Shown: piece after piece, positions 50,425-63,130 of the stretch
Layout: the number at the start of each line of letters is the position of its first letter
Position numbering within the stretch: position 1 is the stretch's first letter
From: Antechinus flavipes
Taxonomy: Eukaryota
Assembly: GCF_016432865.1 (NCBI RefSeq)
Contig: NC_067400.1
Coordinates: 166,160,001 to 166,224,000, forward strand
Direction: 5' to 3'
DNA length: 64,000 nt
Notes under the pieces: generated by a model
Databases searched by the model: none
The model's input: the letters and a program-made list of their open reading frames with translations, nothing else
What the model was told of the DNA's origin: nothing
Position numbers and translations under genes: made by a program

Positions 50425-50956
50425 TGTAATGATGGAGAAAATGAGTAAGATAGGGAGAGGTTAGAGAATATTTAATAGTTTATTAAATGGAAAGATATAC
50501 TGGAACAAATGGATTCATGGTTTGGTCCCAGGGCTGAATGAGACAATCATCTCCAAGAATCCAGCAAACAATCAGAATTCTCAATGACATATATACACGT
50601 GGCTCAGACACAGAGGGTGGACTGAGGCAGGGGTGGAGCCAGAGTACTGAGAGCAGGAACCAGAGTGATGACAGGATGGGGTGAGCCTCCAAAGATGAGA
50701 TAACATAATCAGGGGAGGCACCCCGGACTTCGGGAGAGGCATCTTGATAAGAGGGTATCTGACATTCTGATAGCTTGGGATGGGGAGAGGCATTCTGATA
50801 TTCTAAAACATAAGATTTTTTTTATCCCTATCAAGTATTTCAATAAAGAAGGAGGGGAGGTTTTGTAGAACTGAGAAGCAGGGAAACCAAGGCAAGACTG
50901 AGTCAGGGAATTAGGGAAACTGAGTCAGGACAATAAAAGAGAACTGTGGCATAACA
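50425..50956 (-). mobile_element. Solo LTR (family A) with 4-bp TSD, ERV1-like by TSD length, inserted in a WSINE-type SINE
   Basis: tgtaatga...ataaca; acct at 50421-50424 and 50957-50960. SINE halves flank it (...ttcctgacttctg | aaccctctatccattctgtcacctagctgc). Confidence 0.88.
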
Positions 50957-50999
50957 ACCTAACCCTCTATCCATTCTGTCACCTAGCTGCTCTATTTCT

Positions 51000-51565
51000 T
51001 TCTTTAAAAAAAAAAAAATAAAGCTTTTTATTTTCAAAATATGTACATGGATAATTTTCTACATTTACCCCCACAAAACCCTGTGCTCTATTTTTTTCCC
51101 TCCCTTCTCCCAGTGGGCAAGTGATCCAATATATGTTAAACACGTGCATTTCCTCTATACATATTTCTACCATATCATGCTGCATTTAAAAAATCTTATC
51201 AAAAAGGGAAAAAATGACAAAGAAAACAGAATGCAAGCAAACAAAAACAAAAAGAATGAAAATACTATGTTGGTGCTGCATTCAGTTCCCACTGTCCTCT
51301 CTCTGAGTGCAGATGGTTTCCTTTATACAAGATCATTGGAATTGGCCTGAACCATCTCACTGTTGATGAGAATCATGTCCATCAGAATTGATTATTGTAT
51401 AATCTTGCTGTTGCCGTGTATAATGATTTCCTGGTTCTGCTCATTTCACTTAGTGAAATGAGCCTTTCTGAAATCATCCGGCTGATCATTTCTTATAGAA
51501 CAATAATATTGCATAACATTCCTTTACCATAACTTGTTCAGCCATTTTCCAATTGATAGGCATTC
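51000..51565 (-). mobile_element. L1 3'UTR fragment
   Basis: Similar to 21105-21478 and 36366-36950. Confidence 0.75.
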
Positions 51566-51790
51566 ATCTGGCTGCTCTATTTCTGCTGGATCTGAAGTCA
51601 GGAAAGACTTATTTTCCTGATTTCAAATCTTGCCTCAGACATTTACTGGCTATGTGACCTTGGGCAAGTCACTTAACCCTGTTTGTCTCAGTTCCTCATC
51701 TGTAAAATAAGATGGAAAAGGACATGGCAAACCACTTCAGTATTTCTTTCAAGAAAATGACAAATGGGATCTGGAAAATGACTCAATAAA
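51565..51790 (+). mobile_element. Mar1-type SINE
   Basis: ctggatctgaagtcaggaaagac...gtgaccttgggcaagtcacttaaccc...ggacatggcaaaccacttcagtatttc. Confidence 0.75.
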
Positions 51791-52352
51791 GTAATTCTCA
51801 CCTATGACCCTAGCTACCAGTTAGCACTCTTCGATTCTTTTAAAATATTTACTGAACATGTCTAATTAAATGCATATCACAGAGAACATGAACACAAAAC
51901 TAACTCTTGCTTTCAGTTAGTTTGTATTCTAAGATTGGAAAATCAATAACATGAACTACTGTACAACACCAAAATCATACATGTAGTCAATATATCAACT
52001 TATAAATATTAAAATTGCATAGCAACAAAATGTTATTTATTTTTTTCCTTCAAAAACTGCATCTAGTTTTTTTGTGTTGTTCTTATTGACTCTATCCAAT
52101 ATAAGATAGGGACAGAAATGCTAACATAATACTTGGGAGATACCTAATAAAGGATACATGACTAGAATTAAATTCTTGGAGTTAAGTTACTAGATTAGTT
52201 TGAAAAAGAAAGAAAGAAAATAATAAGAGGTAAGAAATGTATTTATTATGAAATCCTACTGACAATTTTAAGCTTTTCTTTAAACTTCTGGAATTTATAG
52301 TAAATTTTTAAAAGTGCAACTTGCTAAGAAAAAATATAAAAGTAACCTAAAG

Positions 52353-52354
<2 letters not shown>

Positions 52355-52399
<45 letters not shown>
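52355..52399. repeat. (AC)n microsatellite
   Basis: About 22 perfect AC units. Confidence 0.97.
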
Positions 52400-52400
<1 letters not shown>

Positions 52401-55400
52401 CCTAAACCCTCTTCTTCCTTCAATTATATTTTGTAATCTGGAACAATTATAATTGTAATTTAGAGTTACTAGTCAGAAATGGAGGGGACTGAAGTTAGAT
52501 CATTTTGCCATACAAGCAAAGCAGCAGATGGTTGCCTAGGGCAGCAAAATGTTTAGTGACACTATTGAGTGAGTAGCTAAGGGTAGTTAGGGACATCATG
52601 TGTTTTTGGAGGAGGGGGCTGTTTTTTATTTTTATTTTTTAATTTTTCAGTATTTGCTTTTGTCTATTTTTGCCTGGGGCAACAAAATTCCAGCACCAGT
52701 CTAGGGTAAAATGTTCTAACATTTTTATGGGAGGATATTAATGTTTCTTATGTTTCTAATGATTATTTTACTATTTATCCAGAGCATTGCCACTATAGCA
52801 TTTCATGGATGAGCCACTAGTTACCAATGCCAGACTTTTTATAAAGGTGACATGAAGGTCACTCAAGGGATATATCAACCCTGTGCAGACCAGAGGGACA
52901 ACTGGCAGTCAACAGTATCCCTATATCCTCTCTAGAGAGTATGTACAGTCTTACTAGAATGCTGTAAACCTCTGCTGAACCAAGCCCAGTCCTGCACCTG
53001 GTTATCACAGCTGCCAAGGCAATATGACTAGGCTGCCATAACAATTCAGAATTGCTGGAAATACTAGTAAGAAGCAAAAACACTGAAGTCAGAATTAATA
53101 TCATTATGGAGTACAGTCTGTTTGTGATAGAAGCTTTTGATTGTTCTTAGAACCAACGAATTTAAGAGATATAGATTAACTTGATATAGCCTATCATACA
53201 GCATAGTTAATCTAGCCTTTCAATTTATTCATGTGCCTTCAAAGGTGAATTGTTATGTCCAGGCTAAGGTAGTTATAGCATCTGAATCTTTCAAAGTGGT
53301 AAGCTGCAAGAAAATTAGACTAATAGATAGTCTTTCCTATTCCTTATCATTAAAAAACAAAAACAAAAAACAAATACACACTCCAGTGTAAGATTTTGGA
53401 ATGGCATATCTTTTGAAATCTTCCTTTTTTGCACAGAATCAAACTAGATCCTTCTTCAAATGGGCAAATAGCGTTTCTTGTCCCTTATTTATGTAATTAT
53501 AATCATTTCTGTTTTGTGCATTATTTATGGGAAAATACTTTCCAATTAACAAAATGTATTATACATATAGAGCCCATGGGATCTATTTTGATGTCAATAT
53601 GTTCACTCATTACCATTAATGGGAATTGAATATGTATACCAATGGAAGAAAAGATCCCTAAATAATCGAAATGATTAAGCTTCCTTAATGTGATATAATG
53701 GATAATTTTCCCTCTGAAAATGTATTTAAGACAAAAAGATCAACATAAATCTACTAACAAAAAGCTCAGAAATATACAGCTCTGAAAATCTTGCAAGCAG
53801 GATCAAACTAATCTTGCAAGAAATGGAATACAATGCAACATCCAGTGTACATTTTTGATTTTGAAACTTGAGTGTAAGTATAAGATGTATCATGGCTATT
53901 AATAAAGGTATTTGTACAGAAATGGGACCATGGAGAAAAATACCCCAAACTCAAATAGAGTAAAGTTTGATTCAAGACTCAGCAAAATGCTTGGCTTCAT
54001 CACAATAATAATACTAAGGAGCATTATTTAAATTAATCTAAATTATCCTTATACCCTTGCAAAATAAGTAAGTGGACTAGAAAGTTACTCTTTAAGTTTC
54101 TTTTACTAATAATCCTAAAAATTATTTAACTGTCCTGTGTTGGAGCTTGGAGCTAAGTCTTTTCAATCATTTCTATTCTTTATGCATTTGTACACCTATA
54201 TATCAAGAGAATGAAATGGTAAACTACTCCAATATCTTTGCCAAGAAAACCCTCAAAATCGGGTCACAGAGAGTTGGATATGATGAAAACAACTGAACCA
54301 CAGTTCAGTTTTGTTTTGTTTTGTTTTCTGTTTACTGGTTTATTTTTTAACCTATTTTTACCTTTAATCCCCATGTATACATACATATATATGTATATAT
54401 GTGTGTGTGTATTTACATATATAAATACATTTTTAGCCATCCTATTATTTTATTAGCATAGGAAATTTACAGGGAGCATTCCTAGGATTAATGCAAATAA
54501 GTACTTTCTCTAATACTTATAGTCTTAAAGCGTTATCTGATGAACTGAAAAGTTACATGATTTCCTCATGGTTTCACAATTATTATGAAAATTGCAGGCA
54601 TAACTTGAATTCAGATCTTCCTGACTCCAAAGCTGGCTCTCTTTTCTCAAAGCCATATAACTTCTCACTTTTGAAAGCTGTGATAGCATGTTTGTGAGTT
54701 TGATATCTAAAAGACTGACATACCTTTTCCCTCATGTTTATAACGAACTTAAGCAAGTAGTTTATGACAATAGAAAAAGGGCCATATTTCAGGTTTGGGA
54801 ATGACTTTTGTCTAATTTGCTTACTGATATAGGCCTTATTTGCTATTATTCATGTACAGGCTACTGATAAACTTACATATTATTTAGATGATAAAGAAAT
54901 ATGGATTTCTAGTGATGAGTCAAAATGCTTAAATTTGTATATGAAGTAAAAGACAATGTAATCAAATACAAAATGGGGAGGGGACTAAATCATGGTGTAT
55001 GTCCCTTTAATACACCTGTTCAATTTTAGGCAATGCAAAGTTAGCCTTGAAAAGAAGCCAGGTCTTGGGCTAAAAACCCAGACAAAGATATTAATATAAT
55101 TTACTTGCTTAATGTATCTCTTTCCTTCTCCCTCTCCTTCTCTCCTTCTCTCCTTCTCTCCATATTTCCCTCTCTCCCTCTCTCCTTTTCTCCTCCCCCC
55201 CTCAGTTCTAAGGATTCAATTCATAACAAGTCATGATCTGGCTCATAAAACCTATTTAACATAGTGTGTCAAAATCAGGACTTACAAGATTACTACTTCT
55301 GGTAGTTCTCTATATCAGTGACATCACAGATTCAATTCCTATTCTACATATGTGTGTTGGGGATAGAGATGTGGGTATTGCACTGTGTCATATTGGATAG

Positions 55401-55655
55401 GGAAATAACCTTGAAAAAACTAGGAAGATTTGGATCAGGTCCTGCCTCTGACCATTCTAGGCAAATCAGTTAGCCTTTGAGAGCGCTAAAAAATGTCTAA
55501 GACTCTAAATGAAACTACTTATCTGCATTGTTAGGAGATTTCTTACCTACAGGTTCCCTATGTCAACGAAATCATAGGTTTAGTCTCTATCTTTATCCCA
55601 TTATCTATTTATATAGTAGAGTAAATATGGTCATTTTATAAGACAATCTCTATCT

Positions 55656-55918
55656 NNNNNNNNNNNNNNNNNNNNNNNNNNNNNNNNNNNNNNNNNNNNN
55701 NNNNNNNNNNNNNNNNNNNNNNNNNNNNNNNNNNNNNNNNNNNNNNNNNNNNNNNNNNNNNNNNNNNNNNNNNNNNNNNNNNNNNNNNNNNNNNNNNNNN
55801 NNNNNNNNNNNNNNNNNNNNNNNNNNNNNNNNNNNNNNNNNNNNNNNNNNNNNNNNNNNNNNNNNNNNNNNNNNNNNNNNNNNNNNNNNNNNNNNNNNNN
55901 NNNNNNNNNNNNNNNNNN
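55656..55918. other. Assembly gap (263 N)
   Basis: Run of n characters. Confidence 1.
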
Positions 55919-56114
55919 ACACAAATGGATAAAGGCAGAAACTTCATGTAAAGTTTAGTCTAGATTTGAATTTAAAAACCATAGTAATAGCCAGCATTAA
56001 TATCTAAGTGAATTTTGTAAAGTGAGAAAGTGCCTCTCCTTAGAAATATTTTTTTTATCTCCAAGATAAACAATGATTTCCACAATATTTGCCTAGTGAA
56101 ATTCAAATTAATAG

Positions 56115-56692
56115 TATAATGCTGGAGAAATTGAAGCAAGGTAGAGATTAGAGAGTATTTAATATTTTATTTAAAAGGGAGAGATTTACTGTGACCAAAT
56201 GGATCCAGGGTTTGGTCCCAAGGCTGTATGAGACTAGCGTCTCCAAGAATCCAGCAAACAATGTGTGTTCTCAATGACATATATACAAGTGGCTCAGACA
56301 CAGGGGGTAGACAAAAACAAGGACAGAGTCAGAGTGCTGAGAGTGGGAACATGGGACTAACAATCTGGTTCTGACAGAGTAGGGGGAAGCAACCGGAGAT
56401 GGGAATGACATAATAGAGGGAGGCACCCCAAAAATGGGGAGAGGCATCTTGATAAGACAGTATCTGATACTCTGATAGCTTGGGATGGGGAAAGGCATTC
56501 TAATATTCTAAAACATAAGTTCTTTTATCCTAATCAAATATTCTGATGATTAAGATGGAGGGATGGTTGCAGGATTGATCAGAACAATTAGGTCACAATT
56601 CAGGGAAACCAAGGCAGGACAATTTAGGGAAACTGAGTCAGGATAATTAGGGAAACTGAGTCAGGATAATAAAAGAGAACTGTGGCACAACA
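56115..56692 (-). mobile_element. Solo LTR (family A)
   Basis: tataatgctggag...gcacaaca. Flanks atag (56111-56114) and ataa (56693-56696) form a 4-bp TSD with one mismatch. Collinear with 50425-50956. Confidence 0.85.
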
Positions 56693-57335
56693 ATAATGCC
56701 CATTTCTTCCTCTAGAATAGCAGTTCTTAGTGTTTTGTGTGTCATGGGCCTCTTTGGCATCCTGGTCAACTCTATTGACCCTTTGTAGAATAATATTTTT
56801 AAAGGCAGAAATAAAATACATAAAACTAAAAATTAAGTCAACTATATGAAAACAATGTATTTTTTCCCCAACCAAGTTCATGGGTCTGTAGAGCCTATTT
56901 TAATAGCTCTTTCTGTGGAGATATGCTAAAAAGGACTAGTAATCCTACCGTTGCAGTCCCAAGGTAATGCTTGGATTTCTATTGTACAATGTTAGAGAAC
57001 ATAAATTGTTCAAATGCTGTAGTGCAGGACTCTAGAGCCCTATGAATTATTCTAAAAATAGATAGACCCAAAAAAATGAGTTTACATGATGAAGTTTTGA
57101 CTTCTAACTTGTCTTTTTTAATAGTCTTTTTTATTTTCTTAATTTAATATCTTATTTTATCCAGTTACATGTAAAACAATTTTTAAAATTTGTTTCTAAA
57201 ATTTTAAATTTCAGATTCTCTCTCTTCCTCTGTCCCTCACTTCCTACATACACCTTACTGCGGAGGCACATATGAGATTATGCAAAACATTACTATAAAA
57301 GTCATTTGTAAAAGAAAACATAAGAACCCCACCTC

Positions 57336-57366
<31 letters not shown>

Positions 57367-59831
57367 ACACCTTAAGAAAAACAAAGTTAAAAAAAAATTT
57401 GTTACAATTTGTATTCAGACACACTCAGTTCTTCCTCTGGATATGGATAGCATTTTTTTTTTCATAATAAATCTTTCACAGTTGTTTTGGATCACTGTAT
57501 TGCTGAGGATAGCATAGTCATTCATTGCTAATCATCTTGCTGTTGTTTTCTGCACAGTACATTTTACTTTGCATGAGCTCACAGAAACATTTCCATGTTT
57601 TTCTGAGAACAACCTGCTCATCATTTCTTGTAGCACAATAATATTCCATTATAATCATATACCACAATTCATTCAACCATTTCTTTAATTGATGAGCATA
57701 CCCTCAATTTCCAACTCTTTGCTCTGAGAAAAGAACCACTATAAATATTTTTGTACATATAGGTCTTTTTCTTTTTTTCTTTTTTTTAAATCTCTTTTGG
57801 GATATATACCTAGTAGTGGTACTGTTATATCATAGGGCATACATGGTTTTATAGCTTTTTTTGGCATAGTTCCAAATTTCTCTATGCAATGGTTGAATCA
57901 GTTCACAATTTTGCCAACAATGCATTAATGTCCCCTTTGTCATTTTCCTTTTCTGCCCTTCTAGCCTATCTAATAGGTATGAGAGATAAAACCTCAGAAC
58001 TGTAGTAATTTGCATTTTCCCAATTAATTGTGAATTAAAGTATTTTTTAATATGGCTTTGATTTCTTTATCTGAAAACTGTTCATATATTTGATCAGTTG
58101 TCAGTTATTAGGAAATGGCTCTTATTTTTTTATACATTTCTCCTCCTTCTACTTTGCTACAGGATAAGATAAATTTCCATATACAAATGAGTGTGTTCCC
58201 CTTTCTGAGGAAATTCTGATATAAGGTTCACTCATTCTCCCACCTTTCCAGCTCTTCCCCTCCACTTTTAAAGTTTTTTTCTTGACTTTTTATTAACAGA
58301 TAATTTAAATCATTCTACTTCTCTCTCTTTTTTTCTTCCAGTACATTCCTCTCTCATTCCTTTATTTTTTTAAAAGACATTATCTCTCATATTCAACTTA
58401 TATCTGTAACCCCTGTCTATATATACTTCTTCTAACTTCCCTAAAAATGAGAAAGTTCTTATGAGTTACAAGTATCATCTTCCTGTGTAGGAATTTCTTA
58501 AGTTCCTTATAGTCTCCCTTTCTTGATTACTTTTTAATGCTTCTCTTGAGCCTTGCATTTGTCAGTCAAATTTTCTATTCATCTCTGGTCTTTGCATCAA
58601 GAATACTTGAAAATTCTTCATTTCATTGAATGTCCATTTTCCCCCCTGAAGGCTTATATTTAATTTTGCTGGGGAAGTTGATTCTTAGTTTTAATTTTAT
58701 ATCCTTTGCTCTCTGGAATATTATGTTTCAAATCTTCTGAGCCTTTAATGTGAAGCTGTTAAATCTTTTGTTATCCTGACCACGACTTTATTATACTCGA
58801 ATTGTTTCTTTCTAGATACTTGCAATATTTTCTCCTTGATGTAGGACTTCTGGAATTTGGATATAATAACCTGGGAGTTTTCATCTTGGGATCTCTTTGA
58901 GGAAGTGGTTGATAGATTCATTCAATTTCTATTTTCCTTCTGGTTCTAGAATATCAGAACAGTTTTCCTTGAATAATTTCATAAAACTTGATGTCTAAGT
59001 TCTTTTTTTTTTTTTTTTTTTTTGATCATGGTATAAAAGTAGAACCAATAATTTTTAAATTATCTCTCCTGGATCTAATTGCCAGGTTAGTTGTTTTTCC
59101 AGTGAGATATTTCACAGTTTATATTTTTCATTCTTTTGGTTTTGGTTTATTGTTTCTTGATTTTTCATAAAGTCATTAGCTTCTATTTGCTAAGTTCTGA
59201 TTTTTAAGAAACTAATTTTCTCAGTAAGTTTTTGTACTTCCTTTTTCATTTAGCCAATTTACTTTTTAAGCTTTTTGTATTTCCTTTTACAACCCTCTCA
59301 TTTCTCTTCCCAATTTTTCTTCTGTGCGTCTTACTTGATTTTCAGAATACTTTTTGAGCTCTGCTATGGATTGAGACCAAATCTTATTTTTCTTTGAGGC
59401 TTTGTATATAGAAACTTTGACTTTGTTATCTTCTGAGTGTGTGTGTTGATCTTTGTCACCATAGAATCTTTTTCTATTGTTGGTTCATTTCCCCATACTA
59501 TTACTTGACTTTTAACTCTTTATTAATATGTAGCTCTTTTTCCAGGATGGAGAGTGAAACGTCCCAAGCTTCAAAGGTTTTGTGAAGCTGTTTTCAGACA
59601 TCCTTCTGTGTAATGCCTGTGTAATACCTGTGTAATGCCAGAGAAACTGAGGCAAGATAGAAATTAGAGAATATTTAATAATTTATTTAAAAGGAAGAGA
59701 TATACTGGGACCAAATGGATCCATGGTTTGGTTCCAGGGCTGAATAAGACCGTCATCTCCAAGAATCCAGCAAACAATGTGAGTTCTCAAAGATATATAT
59801 ACACATGGGTCAGATTCAGGGGTTAGACTGA

Positions 59832-59940
59832 TGTAATGGGCTGAGGCTTGAGTTGATGCACTGAAGTCCCAAGCACATGAGGCTAAATAGTAATTGGACC
59901 ATACTCTATTATATAAGCTTGGAGAAAGAATGCTCCCCCC

Positions 59941-59972
<32 letters not shown>

Positions 59973-60264
59973 CCCACTCTTTGTGCAAGTCCTGATGTGT
60001 TGTATAGGAAATGACGATTTTGGTGGGTGGAGGCAGGGAAGTAGAAAAGGAAGGGGAGGAGAAACTGCTTGCTTTTGCCATTGCGACGACTTTTCTGTTT
60101 GTTTCTCTTCTTCTTTTTGCTTTTTGCTGAGGCAGTTGGGGTTAAGTGACTTGCCCATGGTCACACAACCAGGAATTGTTGTGTCTGAGGCTGGATTTGA
60201 ACTCAGGTCCTCCTGACTTCAGGCTGGTGCTCTACCGGCTGATTTTAAATACATGGTCATTACA
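59832..60264 (+). mobile_element. Solo LTR (family B) nested in LTR A
   Basis: tgtaatgggctgagg...ggtcattaca; gactga at 59826-59831 and 60265-60270. Homologous to 17940-18377. Confidence 0.9.
60091..60234 (-). mobile_element. WSINE1-type SINE nested in LTR B
   Basis: T-rich tail, then gctgaggcagttggggttaagtgacttgccc...gaactcaggtcctcctgacttc. 5'-truncated; no TSD. Confidence 0.85.
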
Positions 60265-62149
60265 GACTGAGGCAGGGGTGAAGTCAGGGTGCTGAGAGCA
60301 GATTGGGACTCTGACAGGGTGGGTTGAGCCACCTGAGATGGCATGACATAGGAGATGGGGTAACCTAATTGGGGGAGGGGGAACCCTGGAGATGGGGAGA
60401 AGCATCTTGATAAGACAGTATCTGACATTCTAATAGCTTGAGATGGGGAGAGGCATTCTGATATTCTAAAACATAAGATCTTTTAATCTTATCAAATATT
60501 CTGATAAAGAGGGAGGAGTGGTTTTGCAGGACTAAGGAGACAATTATAAACTGAAGCAGAACAATTAGGGAAACTGAGTCAGGACTGGGTCAGGATAATT
60601 AGGGAAATTGAATCAGGACAATAAAAGAGAATTGTGGCACAACACCTGTAAGTTTTCAGTTCTTACAGGATGGTATAATATAAAGAAAGATAACTTTACT
60701 ATTCTTCTATCCTGTGCTCTGGGCTATGATTGATCACAAGGGCTCTTTGCTGCTTAGAACTGTGATCAGTCCCTCCCTTTATCATGGCTGTAAATTCTAG
60801 TGTACTGGTGCTCTTCCTTGCCCTGGGTCTTCCTTCTGGATCTAAGTATGGACAAAGCAAAAGAGTCTTGCCTTGGTTTTAGCAAACAGACCCCTGTAAT
60901 CTCTTTCTGACAAGCTGTTTGATCCCCTTATCATCTGTAATTTAAGACCTCATAAGCTGCTGCCACCACTGTTGCTGCTGCTGCTACTGATAATGATGAT
61001 TCTATGGCCCCCAAGACTTACCCTTAATTTTCTGGAGCTGGGGCTGTGCTGGTAAGACTTGTGCTAGATTGTGTTCCACTCTCGCCCTGATATGATAGAG
61101 CTTTCCTGCTTACTTTCTCAGTTGTCTTATCTGGAAATTTTTTTTACTTATTCTTTTTATGGGTTCTGACACCCAGATTTGTTGAGAGTCATTATTTAAA
61201 GCTATTTTATAGGGGTTTAGGGTAGAGCTCAGGGCAAGTTCCTACCTTTACGCCCCCATCTTAACTGTTTCCCCTTTAATTTGTCTTGAATGATTCATTA
61301 AATCCCGATCTATATATATCAGGATTAGGGTTACTGGACTCCAATGACTGAAGGAGATAATGAAGTTGATGACTTTGTGCAGCTCTACTTAAATCCAATT
61401 CACTAACAAGTCAAGGCATCACTCCAGGCATTTCTCCATAAAGTCTCTACAAAGTAAAAAAAGTGTTGTGAGTTACAACTTTGTTACACATATTTCTTAT
61501 ATGTATGTCTTACTACTGTTATGATCTAGATTTAAACTTACTCCAAAACCAGCATTTTAGAAAATACTTTGTATTAACACTTTCTTTTTCTTCTATTCCT
61601 GCTCCTACTCCTTCTTCATCTTCTTCCTACATCAGTATGGTCCCTCTCTCTCCTTGGGATGTCATGTAAGTGCTCTGTCCATAGGAATATGATTTTTGGT
61701 TCCTTATATTCTGTAAGCTATTTGGGGTTTGGAACTAGATTTTTTTAAATTAAATATATATTTTTCAAAAATCTGAAACAATTTACTTTTAGTCCTATGA
61801 CATTTTCATTTATGTTTTCTTGAAATATACCTCTGAAGAAACAGGCTTTTAAAAAGCCCACTGTGATACAAATGGAGCTACTTGACTATGTCTTTAAATC
61901 CAAATTATTTTGATTTCATGAAAGGCCAAATAACCCCAGCCCAAGCCCCAATTCCTCTTTGTTTAGGTTTTGAAACTTAAAATGAATGTAAATAGCAATT
62001 GTTTTCTGCTCAGACTAGAAACTCTTGAGTATCTTCCTCTTCCAGATTGATACTTTTGTGATGGTCTTATTTTGTCTCAATTTTTACCTAGCTCTTAGTT
62101 ATTGAGAACATACATAACCAACATGAGATCCACACCCTCAAACAAACCC

Positions 62150-63130
62150 TACAAATATATAGATACTTATTCTTATATAGATACTAATTCTGTATGAATT
62201 CAGGATATTCTCTTTTATTTTCTCTTGATACCTCTCTTGGCTATCTCATCAGCTCCCGTGGATTTGATTATCACATGTGAGAATGACTGCCAAATCTATG
62301 TAGTCTCTCTCCTAAGCTTAAGTCTCATGTCACTAACTACATACTGGACATTTCTAATTAGATGTTCCATAGGCATTTGAGTTCATTATCTTTCCTTCCA
62401 AAAACCCAGATGCCTCTATTTCTATTTAATTTATTCCCATGCTTCCAGTTATCCAGGTTTGAGTCTTTTTTGTCATCTTCCACTCCTTAATCTCCACCAC
62501 TCTGCATATCTGTTCAGTTGCTAAATCTTATCAATTCTACTTCTATAACATTATTCATATATGTTCTCTAATTGTCACTAACAACTACAATTCTAATTCA
62601 GTTCTAATCACCTCTCACCTGGATTTTAGCAATAGCCTTCTAATTACTCTTCCTGTCTCAAGTGTCCCCTATCCAATCTGCTATACACACAGCTGCCAAA
62701 ATGATTTTTCTAAAGCACAAATCTGAGTCCCCTGCTAAAAGATCTCTACTCCTTCCCTGTTACATCATGAAACATAAATTCCTTGACTTGACATGTAAGT
62801 TCTTTAAAACCTGTTCCCAGCATATCTTTCTGACTTTATAACAAATGAATTCCCGGGGGCAGCTAGATGGCACAGTGGATAGAGGACTGAAGTCAGGAAG
62901 ATCTGAGTTCAAATTTGGTTTCAGACCCTTAATACTGTGACCCTGGGCAAGTCACTTAACCTGAATTGCCTCAGCAAAAAAACAAAAACAAAACAAAACA
63001 ACCCAAATGAATTCTTTTAATTCACTCAGACAAACTGACCTCTCACTATTCTTCATACATGGCACTCTACTTCTTGCCACTGTGCATTTAGCATATACCT
63101 TGCATTTAGTAGGCACTTAATAAGTGTTAA
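62150..63130 (+). mobile_element. L2 relic
   Basis: gaatgactgccaaatctat...ctggacatttctaattagatgttccataggcat...agtaggcacttaataagtgttaattgatt. Confidence 0.7.
62853..63003 (+). mobile_element. WSINE1-type SINE with TSD, inserted in L2
   Basis: gggggcagctagatggcacagtggatag...aattgcctcagcaaaaaaac; caaatgaattc at 62842-62852 and 63004-63014. Confidence 0.88.

Larger units (their letters stand above)
59631..60644 (-). mobile_element. Solo LTR (family A) carrying a nested LTR
   Basis: tgtaatgccagag...gcacaaca; cctg at 59627-59630 and 60645-60648. Confidence 0.88.
57116..61276 (-). mobile_element. L1-derived element: 5'UTR, ORF1, spacer and extreme ORF2 3' end/3'UTR; most of ORF2 is absent (HAL1-like)
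   Basis: 3'UTR at 57116-57830, ORF2 C-terminal peptide at 57830-58135, then an abrupt switch to spacer/ORF1/5'UTR sequence up to an L1-like 5' end near 61276. taa(c/t)ttgtctt at 57105-57115 and 61277-61287. Confidence 0.7.

Noticed and set aside
52859-53104. ORF with QPSHIALAAV, faintly like filovirus NP QLSAIALGVA (endogenous viral element)
   Set aside because: Only a few residues match and the flanking NP motifs are missing. A tBLASTn with mononegaviral N proteins would settle it.
55631-55947. ORFs spanning N runs (also 43165-43454)
   Set aside because: Artefacts of assembly gaps.
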